Origin: Atractiella rhizophila
Taxonomy: Eukaryota
Assembly (NCBI GenBank): GCA_021432655.1
Contig: MU271195.1
Span: forward strand, 1-64,000
Length of the DNA stretch: 64,000 nt
Reading direction: 5' to 3'
Below, piece by piece: positions 26,520-38,784 of the stretch. The notes under the pieces are model-generated. The model was not told the DNA's origin. It made no database searches and saw only the letters and a program-made list of their open reading frames with translations. The position numbers and the translations under genes are program-made. How positions within the stretch are numbered: position 1 is the first letter of the stretch; the number at the start of each line of letters is the position of its first letter.

Positions 26520-28801
26520 TTAGGTCTGCAGCTTGGAACACTTATTTCTTACACTCAACCAAGGAATCTTGATCATGTAATAAGGTTAATAAATGAATTT
26601 CTTCAGAAACCCTGCAAACCCCTAACGAAGTTTGAAATCTCGTTTCGATTGCTGCACAGCTAGATACATTAATTTATCACCATCTCACTCCACGATGCGA
26701 GGAAGCATGTTAACCCATGCCGATGCGAAATCAAAACGCAAACATGGCCCAATTGGCAGATCCTGCCTCGAAGCGCAAATGGTGTGTTTCCTTCCGCTTC
26801 CCGTCCAACTAGTCATGCGAAAAATCTAGTGGGTTGGTGTCCTGCTCCGTCCCCATATCGTGGTCCTGACTTGGACATCTGGGATCTTGGGACATTTGTA
26901 GCTGGGACAAGGTGCTTTCCATCCCAGCTCAATCGCGTCGAAGGTGATGCTCGAAGGCTGTCAACAGGCGACCCCTGTATTCGTACAGTTCCCCCTCCCT
27001 GCATCGTCCACTTATCCCCTCATCCCGCCTATTCAGGACGAAAATGTCCCCATCTGTGCATCTGGGACATTGAGCTCGCTCAACCAGACCGGCCGAAGTA
27101 TGATCTTTTTCTCCAAGTGCACCAGCACAAATTCTAATTGTGGGTTTATTGCAGGCATAGAAACCAGTACCGTTCCACTACTATCGAGCTTCAAGCCATA
27201 ACGAGTCGATTAGAGGTAGTTGAAAATCCTGCATCTTGTTCGTCCTTGCCGCTCCTGCCCAGGTTCACTGCATGACGGGCATATGAAGGAACTGTCCTCC
27301 TCGTCATCTCATTCTTACAACCACTCTGTGGAAGAAGAGACACAAACGCACGAATTGGCTGTGGATCCATTGGAGATGATGTTTGCCAGTTTCCGACCTC
27401 CAGCCTTCTCATCCCCTCGACCGCGCTGTCTCATCCACCGAATCCGAGTCAGCCTCAAAATTCGTGTTTAGACGACAAGACGGAATGGGCCACTAGCATT
27501 TGTGATATTGGGACCAAACCTACTGATCATGTAAGTGCTCCTGCTGGAGAGGTTTAGCTACTGACGAAAGATGATCGATCTAGCCAGATTGAACGTACCG
27601 TTGCCTACACTTTCTGACATTCAGCACCGAAGTCGCCTACTTCTACGCTCTGATCCTCCCGTTCCCCTCCCTTCCCGAACCTCGTATTGACCTTCTTTGG
27701 ATCGCTCTCTTCTTCCGAATCCTAGCAAACGGCGTGGCAGCAGCACTCGTAAAATCTCATGGTCTAGATGGACCCAATCCATATTCGCAACTTTCTCGAG
27801 ACGACGTCCCAGAGAAGGCGAAGCGATGGATGGGCTAGCCAGTGCTACTTGGTCCTTGGGGAGTACACAGAGCAACCACGAATACGAACTATTCAGCAAG
27901 CTTTGTTCTTATTTCGCCTTAGCGTATACTAAACTCTAAATTAGGACCATCATCCTCTTCTGCCAAAACTTACAAACAACTGGTCTTGTCACCTATGCGG
28001 ATACTTTTGCCCTGTCATTATTGGCAGTTGCGCAAGCCTTGCGATTACATAGACTAGGAGAATATGAGGATGTCTGTTTCTCTCCCTTCACTTCCCCACC
28101 CAATATTGACATACCTCCCAGAAAATGCCGCCTGATGATCCTGCTTTTCCACCAGGGAAGAACTCACTAAAACGCCAAATGGCGCTTCGCATATTTGGGA
28201 TCATTTGCTTTGCCCGTTGGACCTTATCCTTTATTCCAATCATTATTAACAATTAAACAGCAAGACTGGATGTCAGCGACAACCGTCGATCGAGCCTATC
28301 TCATAAACCCATCTCTCCAATGAATGTAAATGACGATTCTCTGTCCTTTAACTCTTCCTCCGTGACGCGCCAGCCTGCTCAAGTGCTCACTGATGCGATA
28401 TATGAACGGATGAAGCTGGCGGTGGCGAGGATGACGCAGAGAACGCACGAGAAAATTCTGTGTGTGCCGAACAAGGGGCCGGGATACGACGTTATCCTTG
28501 CGCTTGATGATGTATGGTTGTTTCTTCGTATTTTGTTGCCATAGCTCCTATACTGACTCAACTTTGGCTGGGAACAGCAATACCAGGACATCTTGGGACA
28601 TCTTCCTGACGAATTCACCCGCCCTCAACCTTTGAACCAATCTCCCGTCTTACACTGGCACAAATGTAAGTTCTTCGACACTGGTTTAAAGAATGCACCT
28701 TAACAGGCGTTATAGATGGATCTCATGACATGGTCCTTTCTCTTCCTGATCTGAGCCATGGTCTGATCGTGCGGCATATTAGATACACTTCCAACCGATG
28801 A
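26520..28801 (+). pseudogene. Fungal transcription factor middle homology region (Fungal_trans-like); probable 3' part of the Zn2Cys6 gene at 16480
   Basis: Exons read IALFFRILANG...AKRW, TIILFCQNL...LLAVAQALRLHRLG and LKRQMALRIF...QDWMSA...YLINP, matching the AQxLxLHR / RRxW..DW pattern. Stops or frameshifts appear present. Confidence 0.6.
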
Positions 28802-28824
28802 AGCTCCTTCGACCATTTTTGTTC

Positions 28825-31800
28825 CTCAAGACATCGCAGAGAGAACATGGATACTCCAAGGAACAGTGCATCCGTTCTGCGAGCATTGTCGTGCGCTCCA
28901 AACTTCGTGGCTAGTCCATTCCGTGCTACGCCTTCCACGCGAGCTGATCATGTAATGCAGAACCAATGTCGCATGTCTGATAAGGCTTTTAACGCCAAGA
29001 CAGTCCGTTGCTGAAACGTCGAGCGAAGGAAGGTTCCGGCTCTAGCAGCTGAAGATAACAAACCGAAACGAAAATAGGTTCTGTAATACCTCGCCCTTTC
29101 TCCAGTCACTCGATCAATACCATCTTCAAAGTCATGGAACCTATGAAAACAGTCAGCGAGATGCCAGTATGAACAAAAACGAACAATGTTGTGACTAAAT
29201 AATATCCCAATACCGCATATTTTACGCCCCATTTCTTTAACATAGGCCATTTTTCATAGTTGGCGCCAGCTGCGACAAGGTTAGCTTGATGGCCGCTTAG
29301 TCAGTAGAATTTTGACCCAACAGGACGATTGGGTACTATTGTGTGGTCAGAATGATATCTGTTCTAAAGCAATAGACGAACTCCGTTCAACATCGTGTTT
29401 GTGAGAGCGGAAACCGCAAAGCTCGCGTCCTCCGACTGTGACGCAAAAAGGACCCGCTTAGTAGGGTCAGTAGGATCCCTCATCGACTTTCCCCCACTGC
29501 AAAAATTCATTGAAACAGGACTGTGCCTGTGGAGAGACAAAACATACCCATGAGAAATTATCACTTTACCATTGGCTGCCCATTGGTCCCTAGCAGCTGG
29601 GAAGCCATTTAGTAGATAACCGTGCACTAAACCGCCGCTGTAATAGCTGCCGCCTGACGAATGTGTTTAAAACCCATCAAAAACGACAGAGGAGCATACT
29701 TTGATAGGTTCTGTAATAGTCTAAAGCTTCACACAGCTCCTGCCGGGTCTACGCGTTATCGTCAGAACAAGGCCGAAGGGATCGCATACCACCTACTTGT
29801 GACCAGATTGGAGGCTTGCCACTGATCATGTGAAGTTGGTCTTTCTCCAGTGCAACCCAGTCAGCCTCTAGAATTTTCGGATGAATGACACCTTTGTTCG
29901 CCCCTTTCGGGATGTCCCCAGGTGCTTGCATCCCTTTCTTCCATTTGACATTTCGAAATGGTCGCTGGATCCCTTCGGGAAACTGTCTTCGGCGCATAGT
30001 TTGCGCTAAAGGAAGTTGATTTCTCCAAGTTGATTTGAGGAGCCTGATTCCTTCGGAATAGTGCACTGAGAGTTCTCTGGCTGCCGGTTGAAGGTGAGAA
30101 ACATCGTCAAGGATACGCATCGCTCTCTCATCATATAAAACTATTTCTTTTTTGATCTTCAGAGAGAGCTCAGCCTTCCAAACTGGTTTAAGCAGCTCAA
30201 TCGCTTTTGACAGTCTGGTTACAATCTCGAAGGATGCTTCATATAGCGATTCTTCCAACTGAGCCTGAGCTTCATCCACAACGGACGTGTTTGCACAATC
30301 TAGCCCATGATCGAATTGAAGTAACATAGCTGAGATGACAGCTAGCGAATCGACATTTTCCTCTTCAGGAGGTGGATTAGCGACACCCCAGTTTTCATCT
30401 GCCATGTCCTCAAAAAGTTTCATGGTTGTCTCAAATCGTTTCGCCTTCTCTGTCTGTCGCGTAATTCTGTTTGAACGACGGCTGATATTGCAGTGAACAA
30501 TGCGGGTGGCCCTCATTAGTTGCTGTCGTCTTCCTCTTCCCCGTTTTGATGCCCGTTTGCCGACCGAGTGGTTTTTCTTCATTACTCCCTTCTGTTGACC
30601 TGCCAACCGCTTCGTTGAGACCTTTTGTGGACGTGATAGAGACAGTTTGATGGATGAAGAGTTGAAACGCTTGTTTGGACCAGGTTTGCTGGTTGGGATG
30701 CTCCATGTTAGTTGCTGTCTCGTAAGCTTTGCGGCGTTGATCTTTGAAATCCGAGACGATCCTTCTGGTAGGATAGGGTCCTCTGTAAAGATATTTACCT
30801 CTGGAACCTCTTCTGAGACGTCAGCAGCTCGTCGACCCGTCATTCGCTCGTTGGCTCGTTTCGATGATGGGTTCTTGTCCCAAGTCTTCAAAATATGCCT
30901 CTGCGACTGAAGCTTTCTCCTTTGCGATCTAACTCTTGTATGTTGCCTATTTTCGGTTTCCCCATCGGACATTTGCTCTAGATAGTGCGGAGCTGTCTTC
31001 GAGAGTCGCAACGGTTGGACACGTCGGGACTGTTGGTTGGAGTGTGCTGAAGTTCTGGCTATCAGTTCAGTGTCCAACAGCTTCCCTTCTTGGTCGTGAA
31101 CAGAGGAAAGAACCGCCTCTTCCTCGTCTGGGTTCGTAGGTATACCCCAAGAACGGCTTTTTGAGGTTAGCTTGCTGGTGTCACGACTCGCAGGCACATT
31201 GCAAAGAATATCGGAGCTCTCGGCGTTGAGTGTGACAGAAGTATATTCGTGTGTTTTGTTACATTCAGAATCGGTAGCTCTGGTAGACTGAGGGTTAGGT
31301 ATAGCTTGAAATCCAACCTCGTCCATTGCCAGTGCCACCGAAAATTTTAGTTCTTCCGTTGTAGCTTCAGTACCATTCGATAGCGCAAATGGGTCCGAAA
31401 TCCGTGACTGCGAGTCGAAACTTTTGGGACGAGGTGGCATCGTAGTCAAAGGTTCATCCGCATCCATTTTTGACTGGTATTCGTCTCCTTCCCATTCCTG
31501 TACCTTCTTCTTCCTCCTTCCTCTCTTTGCACGAGAAGCGGACGCTTGCAGCTTGCTCTCTGCATCCTGACAATCAGTTCTAATATCACTTGAAGGGGAG
31601 GTAGCCAAACCTCTTGGGGGCGTTGCAGGAAAATAGGTGATCGCTCTATCTCGACACGCTCTCTTCGTTCCATATTCCAGGATTTCCACCTCAAATATGT
31701 TCTTCGCTGGCATCAACTCGAATGTCTGTTGCCGGTCAGACTTTCGAAGGCTTTCTCCACTTTCCATTTCGCCATCAACTTTCGATTTGAGTTCCCTCGA

Positions 31801-33353
31801 AGCTACACACTTCTGCTGTCTGTCAGGTGCCTCTTCTGCTGCCATGCCATCTTTCTCAAGCTCTTTCTCTTCCTGCCGCCTGCCGCCTTCCACGCCTTCC
31901 ATGTCGTTTTGGGCAGTTGAGTCAAGTTGCACCAAAACGATTTCCTCCATCCACATCTCATCCCCCAAAAGCTCGTCCAGTGCCTTATCACCGTCCCTAG
32001 CAGCCTCAACCTTCGCTTCTGATTCTAGTTCATTCCGTCCCACCACTGGTAGTCCCGTCTCCGCCTCCAAAGGGATCCTTGACTCTTTCTTCTCTAAGTC
32101 CTCTTCCATCGCAACTTCTTTCTGCTCCAAGTTATTGTCCTTCCCCCTCCTCTTTCTAAGATGCTCCTTACTGCCTTCTCTCTTCCCCCTCCCTGTCCTC
32201 ACTCCGGGTCGTTTGACCAAAGGTGAAAGTAAACTTTCTCTCCTTCCCCTACAGCTCCTCTTCTTCCCCTCCTCCACCAGATCAACACGCAGCAAACTCT
32301 TCTCCGGCGTCATCTTCCACTCCCACCTTCTACAACGGCCGCCGCCAGACATCGGCGCGGTGAACGCGTCGGAAGGTACAACACTCGCATTCCTCGGTTT
32401 AGTACGACGAGCGTGCGAATGGTCGAATGGTGATGGGGATCGTTTTCGCTTCCCCTTCATAGGAACAGAAGGTGTTTCGCTGGAGTGTTTGGTGTCGTTT
32501 TGGCTTGTAGCTTTGGCGTGTTTGCCGTTGCCTTCTGTTTCAGATTCCCTGTAGTTGGAGGCAGAAGTAGAGCATATGCTGTTTACTGCAACAGACGTGG
32601 CGTGTGGTGCGAAGGCTAACGTGGACTCGGAAGTGGTCTGTCTTAGCGATGCGGGTAATTGTTCCGCGTTCCCTTCTTTCCCGTTGTTGTCGTCGTCGGG
32701 AACAGAAAGAGAACACTCTCCGTTTTGATCAATAGGAGTGTCTACAGCATGTTTATCTATGACCAACGCGACATGAGACAGAACGAAAGTTTAAGATGGA
32801 AGAACGACTGACCAGCAACTCTTTCTTCCTCCATAATGCCCTCCCTCCCTTCATTCCGATTGAGTAGCAGGGACTCAACCTCCAAAGCCTCGTCTTGAGC
32901 ATCTTGAACTACTTGCACTGCTTGAGCAGCTTCAGGCATCGTTGATCCAGGATAGAGAGAACAACGAGCTGTGGTCCTGGAGTCGGACCAGTTCTTTCGT
33001 GCTGTTTTCAGCTCGCTCCTACTAGTCTCCGTAGTCGTAGTAGGCTGAGGAACATGGTTGATTGGAGTGTTCGCAATTATGGCGACGGGCGCTTGGTTAG
33101 GAAGACAGAGCGAGACAAAAGAAGCTGCTGTCGTTTCGGATAGAAGCTCGCCTTCGCTCCCTTGCGAAGGAATACCATTTGACGCGTTTACATCGTCCGA
33201 GAGACTTTCTCGCTCAATTTGTGAGAGGCGCTCCGGCTGCGAACAGCTCCTTCCATTTACTTCTTCCTCCAGGTTCACGCAAACGGGATGTGTTGACGAA
33301 ATCTCCTCCTTCACTTTCTTCTCATTTCCCATATCCAGTTTTCCAACTTTCAT
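28825..33353 (-). CDS. Large low-complexity protein with a C-terminal SRA/SAD-like domain of the kind found N-terminal to fungal AlkB-like dioxygenases
   Basis: A ~1000-aa charged exon is followed by small exons reading PPIWSQ-TRQELCEALDYYRTYQ-SGSYY..GYLLNG..RD..NGKVIISHG-GGKS..YPIVLLAGANY..KYAVLGYYLV. No 2OG-Fe(II) motifs follow. Both ends approximate. Confidence 0.65.
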
Positions 33354-33599
33354 GGCGCAGTCCCCTATCCTCCACTCAACTCGCACTTGGACTCCCAGCA
33401 GAGCTTTTAGCGCAACTTCCAAATCCTTTCCCTTTCAAGGGTTTAATAACCGGTTGGCTCTCTTTGTCCGCCTTCTTATCAGCCCTAACCCTATACTGTC
33501 GACGACGCGTCACTCCCTCGCGAAACAACTCACAACTTACCAACCTGACCACTCTCAGCAATCCAACCAGCACCAGATCCTTCTCCTTGACATTTCGTC

Positions 33600-35968
33600 A
33601 TGTCTACTCCCTCTCAACCCCCACAGCGTCCAGACCCGACGAAACCGGACGCGGAAAAAGAACAGCCTACATCCCAGGAGCAAAGAGGCGAGGACGTAGC
33701 GATGGGCAGTGTGGAGGTGAAGGAAGAGGTGAAGAAGGAAGAAGAGATTGAGATTCCGAAAGAAATTTTGGAGGGGAGTCCTGAGGAGATTATGACCAGA
33801 GTTCGGTGAGCTTTGTTTCACATTGGTTTATTAGGAGAAGAAAGAGATAAAATCTGTTCATTTCTCTACAAGGCAGAAAGTGCAGGAGAATAGCGCATGT
33901 TGAGCGAAGGATACATACCAGTGGAAGAGTGCCTCTATGGAAGGCGGAATGCTTGAGTTGGATGTGTCAGCCACCTGACCCATGACTTCTGTGCCTGCTC
34001 TATTGTGGAGTGATGGGAGATAAGATTAGGACCAACCTTTTCCATCAACAGGTTGCCTGCGGAAGGTCTCACTTGATACAACTGTTGCTTGTCTCATAGG
34101 AAGTGATGGAGCAGAAGTAGGCATAACTCGCAGTTGTCGGGTTTTTACTCACGAAGTGGGAGCTGTTGAGGAGCTGTTGACTAGTAGCAGGGAAAGTGGC
34201 ATGGCAGAAACTGCGTATGCTAGTGGACATGAGTGGTTTGGAGCACTTTCACTCCTTACGCCATTACTGTTATCATCAGACTTGAGTACTTGCTCCTTGC
34301 ACGGCGCTCTGTGCTTGTTTACTGCATTTCGTGAACGCACTCTGTTCGGAATCAGTCTGCAACCAATAGAGCACGTGTCTGCCGATGACTTCTCACCCAC
34401 TTTCTATCACTTACCAGCGCACAACCGCATTCACTTTTTACTGACTAATTTGTGGTTGTGCCAGTCTCCTGGAAAATGAAATCAAGATCCTTCGTTCCGA
34501 GACAGGTCGCTTGCGGCACGCGGAGTCGACAATGAAGGAGAAGATCAAAGAGAACAAGCAGAAGATTTCAAACAACAAGCAACTTCCTTACCTCGTCGCC
34601 AACGTAGTCGAGATTTTGGACATTGACCCGGACTATGAGGAGGAGGGCGAAGGAGAAGAGAAGGAGAAGAAGGCGGGCGTGGACGGAGATGGGGATGTCG
34701 AAATGGGCGACGCTGATGGTAAAAAGGAGGAGAAAAAGCCTTTCCAGAAGAACGTCCGTGGCAAGGTCAAGTCTAAGCGCGCCGAAATAGAAGGTGGAAA
34801 CGTCGATACCTCAGCTAACCCTCCCGGTCCATGTGCCATCATCAAGACCTCAACACGACAAACCATCTTTCTTCCGCTCCCTGGTCTCGTGCCTGTCGAC
34901 CAACTGAAACCAACCACGCTGATAGGAGTCAATAAAGACTCTTATCTCATCCTCGACCTTTTGCCGGCAGAGTATGATTCGAGAGTGAAGGCGATGGAGG
35001 TGGATGAGAGGCCAACGGAGAATTATACAGATATTGGTGGACTCGATACTCAAATCGAGGAGCTGGTGGAAGCCGTTGTACTCCCCATGAAGCAGGCGGA
35101 GAAGTTTAAGGCACTCGGTATCAAAGCGCCGAAAGGAGTGTTGATGTATGGACCACCTGGTACGCTACCTCTTCCTCCCTCTGTTCATTTCTTATAAAGG
35201 CATGGCTGACTAACGATAAAGGAACGGGCAAAACTCTCCTCGCTCGAGCTTGTGCAGCGCAAACTAACGCATGTTATCTGAAACTTGCTGGGCCGTCCCT
35301 CGTTCAAATGTTCATCGGAGACGGAGCAAAATTAGTCCGTGACGCTTTCGAGTTGGCGAAGGAGAAAGCCCCGGCTATCATCTTTATCGACGAGTTGGAC
35401 GCCATTGGAACCAAGAGGTTTGACAGTGAGAAGTCTGGAGATAGAGAGGTACAGAGAACGATGCTGGAGCTTCTGAATCAGTTGGATGGGTTTGCAAGCG
35501 ACGATAGGATCAAGGTGCGTTGCTCTGCTGCTTTCACCTTGTGTATGGAATGTAGGTCGTTATTGACACGTTGCTGCACAGGTTATTGCGGCCACGAACA
35601 GGATTGACATCCTTGACCCGGCTCTTCTACGTTCTGGCCGTCTAGACAGGAAGATCGAGTTCCCCCTGCCCAACGAAGAAGCGCGAGCGAAAATTATGGA
35701 GATTCATTCGCGGAAAATGAACTATTCGAAGAAGGTGAACTTTGAAGAGCTCGCTCGCTCAACGGACGAATTCAATGGTGCCCAACTGAAAGCTGTCTGC
35801 GTCGAAGCCGGCATGATCGCTTTGAGAGAAGGGGCAAGTCAGCTCAATCATGAACATTATCTGAGTGGGATCATGGAGGTTCAGGCTAAGAAGAAGAATG
35901 ATCAGTATGTCTTCCCTTTGGTGTTGCGAAGACGCCCTGACTATGAATCTAGGTTCTACTTCGCTTAG
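33600..35968 (+). CDS. RPT5: 26S proteasome regulatory AAA-ATPase subunit 6A
   Basis: Exons 33600-33805, 34465-35159, 35222-35514, 35582-35904 and 35953-35968. Motifs [22 protein letters not shown], Walker [39 protein letters not shown] and a C-terminal YFA. Confidence 0.97.
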
Positions 35969-36098
35969 TTTGGCGTAGGAGGTACACGCTGTAGATGTAA
36001 ATTATGTTCCCGATTCCCTGATGCACATTCATGTTATCAGTTTAATCTTACACACTGGGAAAGCTCATATTCGCGAAGGAGCAGCTGAATGCAAAGAA

Positions 36099-38476
36099 TT
36101 ACAACGACCCTCTCCTCAGTTTTACGAGGAACTCGTGCAGCTTCATGCGCTCCTCGATCACCGCCTGCTCCTCTGAATCAACGCTAGCAGCAGGCACCTG
36201 AGGGTTTGGAAAGAGCTCTTGATCGATGGGGCACACAACCCCGTCAGCAGGTAATTCTCCATGCCTCCAGTACCTTTGAACGATACTCAGCGTACAGCGG
36301 GAGTATGTGCTCTTTGTGCTGTGACCAGGAGCATCCTGAAGCACGAGTCGTGAGCTTTTTCCCAAAGTTGCAGAAAGCTTCTTTGCTGCTCCGTCGTCTC
36401 CTGAGTGATGCCCTGTTAAAGGATAGCGCGCGTACCTGCAGAAACCGGAGTGATGGGATCCGCCTAGGTATATGGGACATGAATTTGGGTCTTGTCGAGA
36501 AGACAAAGAATAAGGAAAATTCGCACCAAGTTGCTCAAGATGAGGATTGGACTTCTGAGCGTTACATTCCAAGGACCTACAAAGCGTTCTGGAGGATTCC
36601 AAGGCCAATGACCACATCCTGTCAAGATTTTCAGGCGAAGCAGTCAGAATGTGCATGTAAACGAACGAGATGACAGTACCTTGATCGCGCTCAGTGCTAA
36701 ACATCGCCATTCCAATATCGCTCACCTCCCGCAAGACTGAGGACTATTCCGCGCGTCAGAGAGAGTGGAGGAATCAAAAATGCACACCATCTCTCTCGCA
36801 ACATCAGCTGAATTGGGCTCTGCCGCTCGTCCTTTCCCCAACATCTGATCATTGCAGCTTACTCCACTTCTCTCCAAATCCTTCAAAGCAGCATCAAAAC
36901 CGAGAGATGCAGCGTAAACAGCGCTCCCATCTCCTTGACCAATAAGATCATAGAGAGCTTGAGCATGAGCTTGCCATGTTGCTGGAATCTCGAGCATAAG
37001 CAAGAGGAAAATGTCAAGTGTTCCTGATCTGAGATAGCCGGGTTTTGTGGGATGGAAAATAGGTAGTGGAGAATAGTAGTACTTGCGCCGAGTTTCGTCT
37101 ATCAATAGTCGTAAACCGGCTGCAGAATTTGCAAGCGATGCCAGGGCACACCGATATGGCCCTGCCTACATCAAGTTTTAACGCGAAGCTCACAACAAAA
37201 GTATTCAAACTAACTTCCATGCACCCACCCAAAAAACGAGAATACGCGACTTCTGTTGAAGAAAGCCAGCCTTTAGCCCTGTCTTTCATTGAGCCTTGAA
37301 ACTTGCTGGTCAATCGAGGCCTACCATAAGTACTGAGGTTCGTTCGCCCATTGCTCGGCGTCAGCAATTCCTGGCTCAGTTCAGAAGTCAGCACGATGCA
37401 AAAGGTTAAGGGCATACCATCTATTGCAATCTTACCGATGCGATGAGGAAACATTGCAATCAGGTATTGTCCAAGGATGGAACCATAGCTCCTGAGAAAG
37501 CCGTGAGCCAGAGCACAGAATGACGGTGGACCTACCCGCCCCAATAGTTTCTACGTAGACTTCAGCAGGAAACCTCGTTCTGGGAGCATTGAAAGCGTAC
37601 ATTAGGGCATCTTCGCCATCCAAAGCTTTGGTAATGAAATCCATGTCTCGGACCACGAGTGTCGTGCCCATGTATGCCCCTTCTCGTCCCAAGCTTTCGC
37701 GACAAAATCCAAACATCGTGCTATAAAGTTGATCGCTCTGTTGCAGCTGGTTTTGTAGCACTCTCTCGGCATTAGTAGATGTCGAGATAACATCGTAGCC
37801 GTTGGCAATTGGGGAGTTCGCAACAAAGTTAGTGTATGAGAGGCCGTTCGTTTTGAAGCAAGCAAGCGAAGGTAAAGTCTCCCCTACACCACGAGGGTCG
37901 AAACCAATTACATCATAATCTGGTCCGACTTCATTCGCAATATATCGTCCGGCCTGAGTCGCCAATCCCTTACCTGGTGCTCCGGGGCCACCTAAACTCA
38001 CGTCAGCAATCTCAGATTGGTTGACAGGAGTAATAGTACCAGGATTGCAAAGGACACTTCCCAATCGCTTTCCCTTTGCTCTATAGCGTCCTAGAGCGAC
38101 TTTTACAGTTCCAACTGAGTGATCATTGTAGTCCTTTGGAACACTAGAAGTAGAATTTAATTAGACGCGGGAGGCTGGTTAGGACATGCATAATGTATCC
38201 ACATTCAGCTTCAGGCAGAGCTCCAGCAGCTGGAGGGCATCGCCACCACTTTAGAGTTCCGACTGGTTCTACGTTTTTTGATATTTGGCTGAGTGAGCTT
38301 GGTGCAATGTTCCAATACTTTGTCAAGAATAACAAGATAATAAAGAGCACAAATAATGTGACCTGACGAAGCTGACCTTGCACTGGCAACTTCACGCGTC
38401 GTTCCAATTGTCTTTCAGCTGTCGAGTTCGCGATAGCGGGAGTCTTCTCCTGCTTCTCCAAGTCTTTCGAATTCAT
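36099..38476 (-). CDS. Alpha/beta hydrolase, TAP-like peptidase (S33 family), N-terminal TM anchor, multi-exon
   Basis: VLCNPG-GPG, YDVIGFDPRGVG, YMGTTLVVRDMD, SYGS nucleophile elbow, and C-terminal GHST..CT..Y...GELP.DGVVCPID. Confidence 0.88.
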
Positions 38477-38784
38477 GACTCCACAGCAGACTGCACTCAC
38501 AGGATACGAGAAGAATCAATTGAGCTTTAGATTCCCCCTTATGGTCTTCGGCTCTTCTGCTGGCAGAGTCATTGTCAGGGTGCATATGGTCAAAAGGTTC
38601 AAACTATCATTGGATGGATGCGCAGCGATCCATTGCCGAGATTGTATTGCCCCAGAGGTGGACGAGTAGAACTCACAAGCGACTTGCATTTACTTCAGAA
38701 ACTTTTTTTTGTGTTGATGGTTATCCTGCAGATATCATGCTAAGATATGCATGACCAATAAGCACTTCGTTTCTAAGAACATGT

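Noticed and set aside
31637..32554. 305-aa Ser-rich plus-strand ORF
   Set aside because: Antisense shadow of the Glu/Lys-rich minus-strand exon.
33910..34460. U1 snRNA-like (ATACATACCAG, TCACGAAG, TTGCAC, AATTTGTGG) and RNase P CR-I-like (GGAAGGTCT) words in the RPT5 intron
   Set aside because: Matches are short and imperfect. The Sm-like word coincides with the branch point/acceptor region and the P4 pairing has a mismatch, so no specific RNA can be named.
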